Assembly: GCA_032718475.1 (NCBI GenBank)
Contig: JAUCBJ010003792.1
Span: forward strand, 1-39,669
Length of the DNA: 39,669 bases
Origin: Nemertoderma westbladi
Lineage: Eukaryota; Animalia; Xenacoelomorpha
Reading direction: 5' to 3'
The notes beneath the pieces are model-generated. The model made no database searches, had not been told where the DNA came from, and saw only the letters and a program-made list of their open reading frames with translations. Shown here in pieces: positions 11,686 to 24,400 of the stretch (within the stretch, counting starts at the first letter, position 1; each line of letters starts with the position of its first letter). Both the position numbers and the translations under genes were made by a program.

Positions 11686-12606
11686 TGCCGCCACCACCCC
11701 CCCCCCCCCCCCCCCCCCCCAGCAGTTATCTAAAACGGCGTCTAAATATTTAACTTCCTTTTTATTTTCTATCCTATGGCCATATTAGTTACAATACTTA
11801 ATAAAATCGGGATCTATACTACTTTATCATATTATATATATTATTACGTGGTATACCAAAAACCATATATATGACTTCTCTATTTTCAACTAAAATATTT
11901 TTCGATTCGACAAAACTAAATCTTGTCAGAAATTACTTTCTTCTAATTTTGGTAATCATTTGGCTACCCTACCCCCACCCAGCCTGACCTTTACAGATAT
12001 GGATTATTACCATCGATTTTAATATTTTTATTTGATGTATTTTCACTTTTAAGTTAACCAAAGATTTCAATATATCTGAATTTCTCTAATTTGCTTCATG
12101 TACAGTATATATATATTGTTGTATACTACTGGTATATTGTAGCCTACTTCCAATACATATACTTCTGGTTGTTATGTTTTATTTTAAATGAGAATCTGTT
12201 TTTAATCAGATAAATTCCCGCTAGACCGGTTCAGCGCTGAGGGCATTATGTTCCACAGTAGTCCGCTTAGTACAGTATTATTATTACACTTATTTTGATT
12301 AACATACAGTACATAATATGTTTCCATCCTAAAGTACAGTAGGTAGAGTATTACTTGCTTGAGATTACAGTAAGACCTTGACATTTGGTTTAAATTCTGT
12401 AAATCTTATTTAAAAACAAAAACGGATAAATTTTTTACTAATACCCAGTAATTATATATCTATCTACCTATAACTGATGTTTATCCCTCATATTATATCA
12501 ACGACGTCCTTCGCCGAGGTAACACCGACGTAAAAATAAACCCGATTACTCGAAAGATTAACTGCATCACATTTGAGCTGTAAGCCTACATAGTGCTGTG
12601 TTACAG

Positions 12607-12692
12607 TACTTCCTACTACCCGATGTCCGCGCAGTGCTGTGCTACTTCCTACTACCCGATGTCCGCGCAGTGCTGTGCTACTTCCTACTACC
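12607..12692. repeat. Short tandem repeat, 36-bp unit, ~2.5 copies
   Basis: TACTTCCTACTACCCGATGTCCGCGCAGTGCTGTGC repeated. Confidence 0.85.
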
Positions 12693-13522
12693 GACGACGG
12701 AATTATCTCGGATTAAAACTCCCCAAACAAGTTCCAATCAATTAAAAAGATTGAAGTGCGGATGTCACACGGGAAGCCTAATGTCGGAACTGCTGTAATA
12801 TCAACATTTAGTTCGCCGCGATGTTACATATCTATCGTTCTATCTGAGCTACTTACCGGAGCTTACTACCCCTCCAACAAATTGACAGTAGATGCTGTTC
12901 ATGTTCAATCTTCCATCCCACCCATCAAACCATACAAATAATATATTCACCGATATTAGAGAAATAAATATAGTCTTTTTTTCCTTCCAATAATATACAG
13001 TAGTTAAATGGCGGGTTTTTACCTTTATTCTAATATAATGACTTATTTTCCTAAAAATACAGGACTTCCCGTACCGTGCACAAATACAGTACTGTGTCTA
13101 CTACAACTACCCGCGGCATTCTTTGTATTTAGTCGTTAGGCCTATACTGGTACTATCAGCCAATGTAATAAGTGCAATTTAGTGTAATGTATAAACAAAT
13201 TTTTTTTCGCTGTGTAATAATCCTCATATCATAAATATACATTATAAACAGTACATTCTACTGTACTACAAACATACTTAATATACGACATCATAATTAA
13301 TAGGCCTACATAGATAGAGTAAAGTTGATTAATCACAGGCTACTTCTATAAGATGGTTATTAATCTCAACCGTCACTTAAAGTGACCCATCCTATAAAGT
13401 TAAACTTTTTTTACGTCATTACAGTATGTTCGAGCTTATAAATAATTATATTATAAATTATTATAAATTAAAATTATAAAAAATCTACTAGCACTTTACA
13501 AAATTCTATACTTGTTACCTAG

Positions 13523-13687
13523 GCGATGACGGTGATGTTTACAGTGACAGCGCCCAACTCAGCAGTATTATAGATGATATTGTCCATATTGGCCCTATTC
13601 CTATTGCCATCAATGATCTAGAGTGTCTCCCAGCGATGGAAGATTGTCCGTATATAAGAACCCATTGGGATTACAATAACTGTATGG
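13523..13687 (+). CDS. MPDZ: Internal coding exon of MPDZ/PATJ-like gene (linker before the PDZ domain)
   Basis: Acceptor TTACCTAG|, donor G|GTAAGT, open frame (G)DDGDVYSDSAQLSSIIDD...THWDYNNCM. Phase-1 end joins the next exon in frame (G+AG=Glu). No direct homology recognised in this exon. Confidence 0.7.
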
Positions 13688-15470
13688 GTAAGTTAGATTA
13701 TTAAAGTGACTGTTTTTGGGTAAGTTAGAGGATTAAAATGGCTGGTTTTGGGTAAGTTAGGGGATTAAAATGACCGTTTTTGGGTAAGTTAGAGGATTAA
13801 AATTGCTGTTTTTGGGTAAGTTAGGGATTAAAGTGACTGTTTTTGGGTAAATTAGGGGATTAAAGTGACTGTTTTTCGGTAAGTTAGGGGATTAAAGTTA
13901 CTGTTTTTCGGTAAGTTAGGGGATTAAAGTGACTGTTTTTGGGTAAGTTAGATGATTAAAGTGACTGTTTTTGGGTAAGTTAGAGTATTAAAATGGCTGT
14001 TTTGGGTAAGTTAGAGGATTAAAATGGCTGTTTTTGGGTAAGTTAGGAGATTAAAGTGGCTGTTTTTGGGTAAATTAGGGGATTAAAGTGACTGTTTTTC
14101 GGTAAGTTAGGGGATTAAAGTGACTGTTTTTCGGTAAGTTAGGGGATTAAAGTGACTGTTTTTGGGTAAGTTAGATGATTAAAGTGACTGTTTTTGGGTA
14201 AGTTAGAGTATTAAAATGGCTGTTTTTGGGTAAGTTAGGAGATTAAAGTGACTGTTTTTCGGTAAGTTAGGGGATTAAAGTGACTGTTTTTCGGTAAGTT
14301 AGGGGATTAAAGTGACTGTTTTTGGGTAAGTTAGATGATTAAAGTGACTGTTTTTGGGTAAGTTAGAGTATTAAAATGGCTGTTTTGGGTAAGTTAGGGG
14401 ATTAAAATGACTGTTTTTGGGTAAGTCTTATGGGATTAAAGTGACTGTTTTTGGGTAAGTTTTATGGGATTAAAGTGACTGTTTTTGGGTAAGTTAGGGG
14501 ATTAAAGTGACTGTTTTTGGGTAAGTTAGAGTATTAAAATGGCTGTTTTGGGTAAGTTAGGGGATTAAAATGACTGTTTTTGGGTAAGTCTTATGGGATT
14601 AAAGTGACTGTTTTTGGGTAAGTTTTATGGGATTAAAGTGACTGTTTTTGGGTAAGTTAGGAGATTAAAGTGACTGTTTTTGGGTAAGTTAGGAGATTAA
14701 AGTGGCTGTTTTTGGGTAATTTAGGGGATTAAAGTGACTGTTTTGGGTAAGTTTATGGGATTAAAGTGGCTGTTTTTGGGTAAGTTTTATGGGATTAAAG
14801 TGACTGTTTTTGGGTAAGTTAGGGGATTAAAATGGCTGTTTTTGGGTAAGTTAGGAGATTAAAGTGGCTGTTTTTGGGTAAATTAGGGGATTAAAGTGAC
14901 TGTTGTTTTTCGGTAAGTTAGGGGATTAAAGTGACTGTTTTTCGGTAAGTTAGGGGATTAAAGTGACTGTTTTTGGGTAAGTTAGATGATTAAAGTGACT
15001 GTTTTTGGGTAAGTTAGAGTATTAAAATGGCTGTTTTGGGTAAGTTAGAGGATTAAAATGGCTGTTTTTGGGTAAGTTAGGGGATTAAAATGACTGTTTT
15101 TGGGTAAGTCTTATGGGATTAAAGTGGCTGTTTTTGGGTAAGTTTTATGGGATTAAAGTGACTGTTTTTGGGTAAGTTAGGAGATTAAAGTGACTGTTTT
15201 TGGGTAAGTTAGGAGATTAAAGTGACTGTTTTTGGGTAAGTTAGGGGATTAAAGTGACTATTTTTGGGTAAGTTAGGGGATTAAAGTGGCTGTTTTTGGG
15301 TAAGTTAGGGGATTAAAGTGACTGTTTTTGGGTAAGTTAGGGGATTAAAGTGACTGTTTTGGGTAAGTTTATGGGATTAAAGTGACTGTTTTGGGTAAGT
15401 TTATGGGATTAAAGTGACTGTTTTTGGGTAAGTTTTATGGGATTAAAGTGACTGTGTTTAGGTAAGTTAT
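13686..15470. repeat. Intronic minisatellite, ~32-bp unit, ~55 copies
   Basis: GGGTAAGTTAGGGGATTAAAGTGACTGTTTTT and variants. The first unit is the exon's splice donor. Confidence 0.97.
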
Positions 15471-15512
15471 TGTAATTTTAGTTGGTCACTCACAGCTTAA
15501 CAAAGTCGGCAT

Positions 15513-15586
15513 TGGCGTCCAGGTGGGATCGAACTGGTGACCTCCGTGTAGGAAGTCTGCCGCTCTAACCATGCCGATAGCGGCTC
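15513..15586 (-). mobile_element. tRNA-derived SINE head or tRNA pseudogene
   Basis: Minus strand reads GAGCCGCTATCGGCATGGTTAGAGCGGCAGAC...CCAGTTCGATCCCACCTGGACGCCA. A-box-like TGGTTAGAGC and B-box GTTCGATCCC, but the cloverleaf is imperfect. Confidence 0.65.
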
Positions 15587-15821
15587 AGATAAAAGGAAGA
15601 CCTGGAAATACTGTAGGCTCCTACTACCTGATCTACCCATACCAATCACCTGCTGCTACTGTGCTCAACCCAAATGTACTTGATAGTTTTATCCGCACTC
15701 AGCCACCTGCGCCAATGTCAAAGTTAATCACCCAAAAAATCCAATGCTGATATACATTATACAGTACAAGTTTTGGATAGCAACACCGTTGTGTAAAATG
15801 TTGATATTACATTTTATTCAG

Positions 15822-16024
15822 AGGAACTTCAGAAGAAGTACTGTGACCTCCCTGGAGAGTTGTTACTGGCAGACCTAATGGAGGGGAGACAGTCTCTAGG
15901 TCTCGGTGTCAGTCTGGCAGGAAACCGAGACCGTAGCAAGGTATCTGTCTATATAGTCGGAATACACCCCGAGGGTCTGGTTGCTAGGGACCAGCGAATC
16001 AGAGTCAGCGACGAGATTATTGAG
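15822..16024 (+). CDS. MPDZ: Coding exon, N-terminal half of a PDZ domain (resembles MPDZ/MUPP1 PDZ8 and the equivalent PATJ domain)
   Basis: TTTTATTCAG| ... GAG|GTTAGA. Translates to ELQKKYCDLPGELLLADLMEGRQSLGLGVSLAGNRDRSKVSVYIVGIHPEGLVARDQRIRVSDEIIE. The SLAGNxDRS motif is characteristic of MPDZ/PATJ. Confidence 0.93.
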
Positions 16025-17091
16025 GTTAGAATTTTAATTCCGTTCAATTATTATAACTAATAACAAAGTTTTATGTTGCGAAGAATTGCCAGCCTTTCTT
16101 AAGAACTATATTCTAATTTTTCCTAATAATATTATACAAAATTATCCAGATCTGTTTAAAATCAATCAAATCATAGCAACCCTCTTTCATAAACAACTTT
16201 GTTGCAGAAATTTTTGTTGTTCTTCTGAGAGTTTTTCAGCAACAAGTTGTGTGTGATGTTGCTTCGTTTGAGGTAGTGGGCCAGTGCCAGGATGGAAGTC
16301 AACGAAAACGTGAAAAGTAATAGAAATAAACCTTAAAACCATATGAGTGATGAATGGTTTACTGTAAAATAAATTATTTTTTTATTATTTTACTAATTCA
16401 AAAACAGTAATTTTTTGCTATAGAGGCTCGTCGTATCCAAAGATATCAGTTAGTCACATATAAATAAACTGTAAGATTGTCGGAGAGTTGAGAGTAACTA
16501 ATTGTAATTACAGCCTGCGTGCTGTAGTTAGTTAGTTACCTGGTGAACAGAACATCATTGGCGCTCGCATCTGCAGCCTACAACACTAAGAGCAGCTGGC
16601 CGCAGGAAGGTAATTAGATTTACTGGTTTCAGAATACCTATTTATATATAAATGCTACACTGAAAGTCAGTAGGTAGGTGATTAGGGTACCCGGGGGCTT
16701 CTCTCACACATTGCCGTGGATTATACTTATACAGTACTAAGAATGTTCTGTAATTATTAACTTTCATCAGCCATTCTCTTAATGGGCCTAGCTCGTGAAT
16801 GCAACACCATCTGATAACGTCAAATTACAAAGGATAACAGTATGTCACTTCCTAACAATACCCCCTCTGGCTCGCCTTAATTATAAACTGAGCCTAACAT
16901 ATCCCAAACTGTGTTCGCTATCACTAGCTACTGATGTGTACAGTTTATCATATCAAATTTCAAATAGTTATAATTATGAGCTTTTATACTCAGAGTGTGA
17001 GCTTACTGTAGAGCTGTTAGCATACATGTACAATAGAGTTGGTCGTTAGTATCGTTACATAGTACCTTTGTGAAAAATGATTTTGCCCCTC

Positions 17092-17616
17092 CCCGGTGTA
17101 CAAGGCTGAGATAAATCCCTCTTGAAATGACTCCCCAGTCGTATCAGCCTAGGCTGAGAACACTCCCCAGTTCTTATCTCAGCATTGGCTGAGAACACTC
17201 CCCAGTTCTTATCTCAGCATTGGCTGAGAACACTCCCCTTAGGCTGAGATGACTCCCCTTAGGCTGAGATGACTCCCCTTTGGCTGAGATGACTCCCCTT
17301 AGGCTGAGATGACTCCCCTTAGGCTGAGATGACTCCCCTTAGGCTGAGATGACTCCCCTTAGGCTGAGATGACTGCCCTAATTGAGTTATAATTCATATC
17401 CGTACCGATGTTATTTTCGTATATTGCAAAAATAAAACTGTAAACTATGTTATTGAGTTATAGTTTATTGTTTTGGTTAGAAAAGCCCGCCACTGTAACC
17501 TGCTCCTTTCCGTTAATTAAGAAATCTAAGGAGAAAGCTGGGGAGTGTTCTCAGCCTAGGCTGAGATGACTGGGGAGTCATATTTGGTGGAGAGTTATAT
17601 CAACCTGTTACACCGG
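17092..17616 (-). mobile_element. MITE (shared-core, copy 3) with CCGGTGTA(A)CA termini and an internal 20-bp tandem array
   Basis: TIRs CCGGTGTACAAGGCTGAGATAA / TTATATCAACCTGTTACACCGG. Subterminal inverted repeats. AGGCTGAGATGACTCCCCTT array at ~17222-17377. Core in reverse orientation at ~17425-17520. Confidence 0.8.
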
Positions 17617-17950
17617 CCCTCGTTAATATCTCCGCTAACAACGGACTTAGCACAGACGCGCACTGTCAGCCAAGCCATCTCGTTATTAGATTATTAAAAT
17701 TAAAAATCATGCAGAGATATTAATAATAATAATAATAACAGCCGGCGTAAGTTACATACATTTTGCCGGCAGTAGGAGGGCAGACAGACAGATTAATTGT
17801 AATTAAATATTTAAATTGCTTCTGGGACAGCAGATGTGCGGTGTTCTGAGATATTATTGAGTTTTTTTTTTGTTTCAGAGGTGAATGAATGAGGGTTTGT
17901 TTCCTTGTAGGTTAATATGGTCACGTGATTTACGAACTGTTACTTTGTAG

Positions 17951-18106
17951 GTAAATGGTCACGTGATTTACGGACGGTCACACCAAAATGCCTCAGCAAT
18001 TATAAAGATGACCCCACCACCGTTGGTGTTACTTATACACCGCTGGGACGGCAACATTGATTCTATGGCAGTCTCCCCTGTGGTCTACCCTTTATCACTA
18101 GTTGAG
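17951..18106 (+). CDS. MPDZ: Coding exon, C-terminal half of the PDZ domain
   Basis: CTTTGTAG| ... GAG|GTGAGT, phase 0-0. Translates to VNGHVIYGRSHQNASAIIKMTPPPLVLLIHRWDGNIDSMAVSPVVYPLSLVE. YGRSHQNAS matches MPDZ/PATJ. Confidence 0.93.
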
Positions 18107-18261
18107 GTGAGTTTTATAGAACTTTTACGAATTATTATACGGTATAACTTCTACCTGTATAGCTTTTAAGGCAACTATTGTGGACATTTTTATATTACTT
18201 GATATCTTTTAAATAACTTTTGCTATGAAAACTGGTGCTTAAGATTTCGTTGTTTTTACAG

Positions 18262-18376
18262 ACAACAGAAAGAAGACATCCCCTAAGAAGTCAATCTAGT
18301 GAAGAGAACAAACAAACATTGCACACCCCTACGTCGCCAGGGGGCGTTATTCAACAAAATGAAACGTCACACCACG
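18262..18376 (+). CDS. MPDZ: Coding exon, linker after the PDZ domain
   Basis: TGTTTTTACAG| ... CG|GTAAGA after a 155-nt intron. Open in phase 0: TTERRHPLRSQSSEENKQTLHTPTSPGGVIQQNETSHH. Confidence 0.75.
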
Positions 18377-18414
18377 GTAAGAACTAAGGGCCACAACAGC
18401 TGTACGTACTGTAT

Positions 18415-21400
18415 GTACAAACAGTACGTAATAAGGTACAAACAGCTAAAATAAGGTACAAACAGCTACAATAAGGTACAAACAGCTACAATAAGGTACA
18501 AACAGCTACAATAAGGTACAAACAGTTACATTAAGGTACACACACGCTACAATAAGGTACACACAGCTACAATAAGGTACAAACAGTTACATTAAGGTAC
18601 ACACACGCTACAATAAGGTACAAACAGCTACAATAAGGTACAAAGAGCTACAATAAGGTACAAACAGCTACAATAAGGTACAAACAGCTACAATAAGGTA
18701 CAAACAGCTACAATAAGGTACAAACAGCTACAATAAGGTACAAACAGTTACATTAAGGTACAAACAGCTACAATAGGTACACACACGCTACAATAAGGTA
18801 CAGACAGTTACATTAAGGTACACACACGCTACAATAAGGTACAGACAGTTACATTAAGGTACACACACGCTACAATAAGGTACAAAGAGCTACAATAAGG
18901 TACAAACAGCTACAATAAGGTACAAACAGCTACAATAAGGTACAAACAGCTACAATAAGGTACAAACAGTTACATTAAGGTACACACACGCTACAATAAG
19001 GTACAAACAGCTACAATAAGGTAAAAGAGCTACAATAAGGTACAAACAGCTACAATAAGGTACAAACAGCTACAATAAGGTACACACACGCTACAATAAG
19101 GTACACACAGCTACAATAAGGTACAAACAGTTACATTAAGGTACACACACGCTACAATAAGGTACAAACAGCTACAATAAGGTACAAAGAGCTACAATAA
19201 GGTACAAACAGCTACAATAAAGTACAAACAGCTACAATAAGGTACAAACAGCTACAATAAGGTACAAACAGTTACATTAAGGTACACACACGCTACAATA
19301 AGGTACAAACAGCTACAATAAGGTACAAAGAGCTACAATAAGGTACAAACAGCTACAATAAGGTATAAACAGCTACAATAAGGTACAAACAGCTACAATA
19401 AGGTACAAAGAGCTACAATAAGGTACAAACAGCTACAATAAGGTACAAACAGCTACAATAAGGTACCGGTACACACACGCTACAATAAGGTACAAACAGC
19501 TACAATAAGGTACACACACGCTGCAATAAGGTACAGACAGATTAAAATAGTCATAACTACTGTACACTATACAGTACCATAACGGTATCGGTTTTGTATA
19601 TATCTTTGTAGGTTTTGAATTGGTTGTTTTAGTTAAATTGTATTAATATTGTGTTTAAAATAATATACCACTGAAGACGCGCGGGAAGCGTGAAATAGCT
19701 ATATGGTAAACTAACAATATTTTATATTAGCCGTGGCTCAAGACCCTTACTCGTCATTAATATTTATAATTTGAGTATGCTTACGCCACGAAAGGCATCG
19801 TTCCATTACATTAACTCGCTTGATAATAGGTACACACACGCTACAATAAGGTACACACAGCTACAATAAGGTACAAACAGTTACATTAAGGTACACACAC
19901 GTTACAATAAGGTACAGACAACTACAATAAGGTACAAACAGCTACAATAGGTACACACACGCTACAATAAGGTACAGACAACTACAATAAGGTACAAACA
20001 GCTACAATAGGTACACACACGCTACAATAAGGTACACACAGTTACAATAAGGTACAGACAACTACAATAAGGTACACACACGCTACAATAAGGTACACAC
20101 AGCTACAATAAGGTACAAACAGTTACATTAAGGTACACACACGCTACAATAAGGTACAGACAACTACAATAAGGTACAAACAGCTACAATAGGTACACAC
20201 ACGCTACAATAAGGTACACACAGCTACAATAAGGTACAAACAGTTACATTAAGGTACACACACGCTACAATAAGGTACAGACAACTACAATAAGGTACAA
20301 ACAGCTACAATAGGTACACACACGCTACAATAAGGCACAGACAACTACAATAAGGTACAAACAGTTACATTAAGGTACACACACGCTACAATAAGGTACA
20401 GACAACTACAATAAGGTACAAACAGCTACAATAGGTACACACACGCTACAATAAGGTACACACAGCTACAATAAGGTACAAACAGTTACATTAAGGTACA
20501 CACACGCTACAATAAGGTACAGACAACTACAATAAGGTACAAACAGCTACAATAGGTACACACACGCTACAATAAGGTACAGACAACTACAATAAGGTAC
20601 AAACAGCTACAATAGGTACACACACGCTACAATAAGGTACAGACAACTACAATAAGGTACAAACAGCTACAATAGGTACACACACGCTACAATAAGGTAC
20701 AGACAACTACAATAAGGTACAGACAACTACAATAAGGTACAAACAGCTACAATAAGGTACAAACAGTTACATTAAGGTACACACAGCTACAATAAGGTAC
20801 AAACAGTTACATTAAGGTACACACACGCTCCAATAAGGTACAGACAACTACAATAAGGTACAAACAGCTACAATAAGGTACAAACTCGCTACAATTAATA
20901 GGTACACACACGCTACAATAAGGTACAAACAGCTACAATAAGGTACAAACTCGCTACAATTAATAGGTACACACACGCTACAATAAGGTACAAACAGCTA
21001 CAATAAGGTACAAACACGCTACAATAGGTAAACACACAAGGTACAAACAGTTACATTAAGGTACACACACGCTCCAATAAGGTACAGACAACTACAATAA
21101 GGTACAAACAGCTACAATAGGTACACACACGCTACAATAAGGTACACACAGCTACAATAGGTACACACACGCTACAATAAGGTACACACAGCTACAATAA
21201 GGTACACACACGCTACAATAAGGTACACACAGCTACAATAAGGTACAAACAGTTACAATAAGGTACAGACACGCTACAATAAGGTACACACAGCTACAAT
21301 AAGGTACAAACAGCTACAATAAGGTACAAACAGTTACATTAAGGTACACACAGCTACAATAAGGTACAGACAACTACAATAAGGTACAAACAGCTACAAT

Positions 21401-24400
21401 AGGTACACACACGCTACAATAAGGTACAGACAACTACAATAAGGTACAAACAGCTACAATAGGTACACACACGCTACAATAAGGTACAGACAACTACAAT
21501 AAGGTACAAACAGCTACAATAGGTACACACACGCTACAATAAGGTACAGACAACTACAATAAGGTACAAACAGCTACAATAGGTACACACACGCTACAAT
21601 AAGGTACAGACAACTACAATAAGGTACAGACAACTACAATAAGGTACAGACAACTACAATAAGGTACAGACAACTACAATAAGGTACAAACAGTTACATT
21701 AAGGTACACACACGCTCCAATAAGGTACAGACAACTACAATAAGGTACAAACAGCTACAATAAGGTACAGACAACTACAATAAGGTACAGACAACTACAA
21801 TAAGGTACAAACAGCTACAATAAGGTACAAACAGTTACATTAAGGTACACACACGCTACAATAAGGTACACACAGTTACATTAAGGTACACACACGCTAC
21901 AATAAGGTACACACAGCTACAATAAGGTACACACACGCTACAATAAGGTACACACACGCTACAATAAGGTACAGACACGCTACAATAAGGTACACACAGC
22001 TACAATAAGGTACAAACAGTTACATTAAGGTACACACACGCTCCAATAAGGTACAGACAACTACAATAAGGTACAAACAGCTACAATAAGGTACAGACAA
22101 CTACAATAAGGTACAAACAGCTACAATAAGGTACAGACAACTACAATAAGGTACAAACAGCTACAATAAGGTACAGACAACTACAATAAGGTACAAACAG
22201 CTACAATAAGGTACAGACAACTACAATAAGGTACAAACAGCTACAATAAGGTACAGACAACTACAATAAGGTACAAACAGCTACAATAAGGTACAGACAA
22301 CTACAATAAGGTACAAACAGCTACAATAAGGTACAGACAACTACAATAAGGTACAAACAGCTACAATAAGGTACAAACAGTTACATTAAGGTACACACAC
22401 GCTCCAATAAGGTACAGACAACTACAATAAGGTACAAACAGCTACAATAAGGTACAAACTCGCTACAATTAATAGGTACACACACGCTACAATAAGGTAC
22501 AAACAGCTACAATAAGGTACAAACTCGCTACAATTAATAGGTACACACACGCTACAATAAGGTACAAACAGCTACAATAAGGTACAAACACGCTACAATA
22601 GGTAAACACACAAGGTACAAACAGTTACATTAAGGTACAAACAGTTACATTAAGGTACAAACAGCTACAATAAGGTACAAACTCGCTACAATTAATAGGT
22701 ACACACACGCTACAATAAGGTACAAACAGCTACAATAAGGTACACACAGCTACAATAAGGTACAAACAGTTACATTAAGGTACACACACGCTCCAATAAG
22801 GTACAGACAACTACAATAAGGTACAAACAGCTACAATAAGGTACAAACTCGCTACAATTAATAGGTACACACACGCTACAATAAGGTACAAACAGCTACA
22901 ATAAGGTACAAACTCGCTACAATTAATAGGTACACACACGCTACAATAAGGTACAAACAGCTACAATAAGGTACAAACACGCTACAATAGGTAAACACAC
23001 AAGGTACAAACAGTTACATTAAGGTACAAACAGTTACATTAAGGTACAAACAGCTACAATAAGGTACAAACTCGCTACAATTAATAGGTACACACACGCT
23101 ACAATAAGGTACAAACAGCTACAATAAGGTACAAACTCGCTACAATTAATAGGTACACACACGCTACAATAAGGTACACACAGCTACAATAAGGTACAAA
23201 CAGTTACATTAAGGTACACACACGCTCCAATAAGGTACAGACAACTACAATAAGGAACAAACAGCTACAATAAGGTACAGACAACTACAATAAGGTACAA
23301 ACAGCTACAATAAGGTACAGACAACTACAATAAGGTACAAACAGCTACAATAGGTACACACACGCTACAATAAGGTACACACAGCTACAATAGGTACACA
23401 CACGCTACAATAAGGTACACACAGCTACAATAAGGTACACACACGCTACAATAAGGTACACACAGCTACAATAAGGTACAAACAGTTACAATAAGGTACA
23501 GACACGCTACAATAAGGTACACACAGCTACAATAAGGTACAAACAGTTACATTAAGGTACACACACGCTCCAATAAGGTACAGACAACTACAATAAGGTA
23601 CAAACAGCTACAATAGGTACACACACGCTACAATAAGGTACACACAGCTACAATAAGGTACAAATAGCTACAATAAGGTACAAACAGCTACAATGAGGTA
23701 CAAACAGCTACAATAAGGTACAAACAGTTACATTAAGGTACACACACGCTCCAATAAGGTACAGACAACTACAATAAGGTACAAACAGCTACAATAGGTA
23801 CACACACGCTACAATAAGGTACACACAGCTACAATAAGGTACAAATAGCTACAATAAGGTACAAACAGCTACAATAAGGTACAAACTCGCTACAATTAAT
23901 AGGTACACACACGCTACAATAAGGTACAAACAGCTACAATAAGGTACAAACACGCTACAATAGGTAAACACACGCTACAATAAGGTACAAACAGCTACAA
24001 TAAGGTACAAATAGCTACAATAAGGTACAAACAGCTACAATAAGGTACAAACACGCTACAATAGGTAAACACACGCTACAATAAGGTACAAACAGCTACA
24101 ATAAGGTACAAATAGCTACAATAAGGTACAAATAGCTACAATAAGGTACAAACAGCTACAATAAGGTACAAACTCGCTACAATTAATAGGTACACACACG
24201 CTACAATAAGGTACAAACAGCTACAATAAGGTACAAACACGCTACAATAGGTAAACACACGCTACAATAAGGTACAAACAGCTACAATAAGGTACAAACA
24301 CGCTACAATAAGGTACAGACAACTACAATAAGGTACAAACAGTTACATTAAGGTACACACACGCTCCAATAAGGTACAGACAACTACAATAGGTACACAC

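Noticed and set aside
15513-15586. Functional tRNA gene
   Set aside because: Acceptor and anticodon stems do not pair well, so it is treated as a SINE head or pseudogene.
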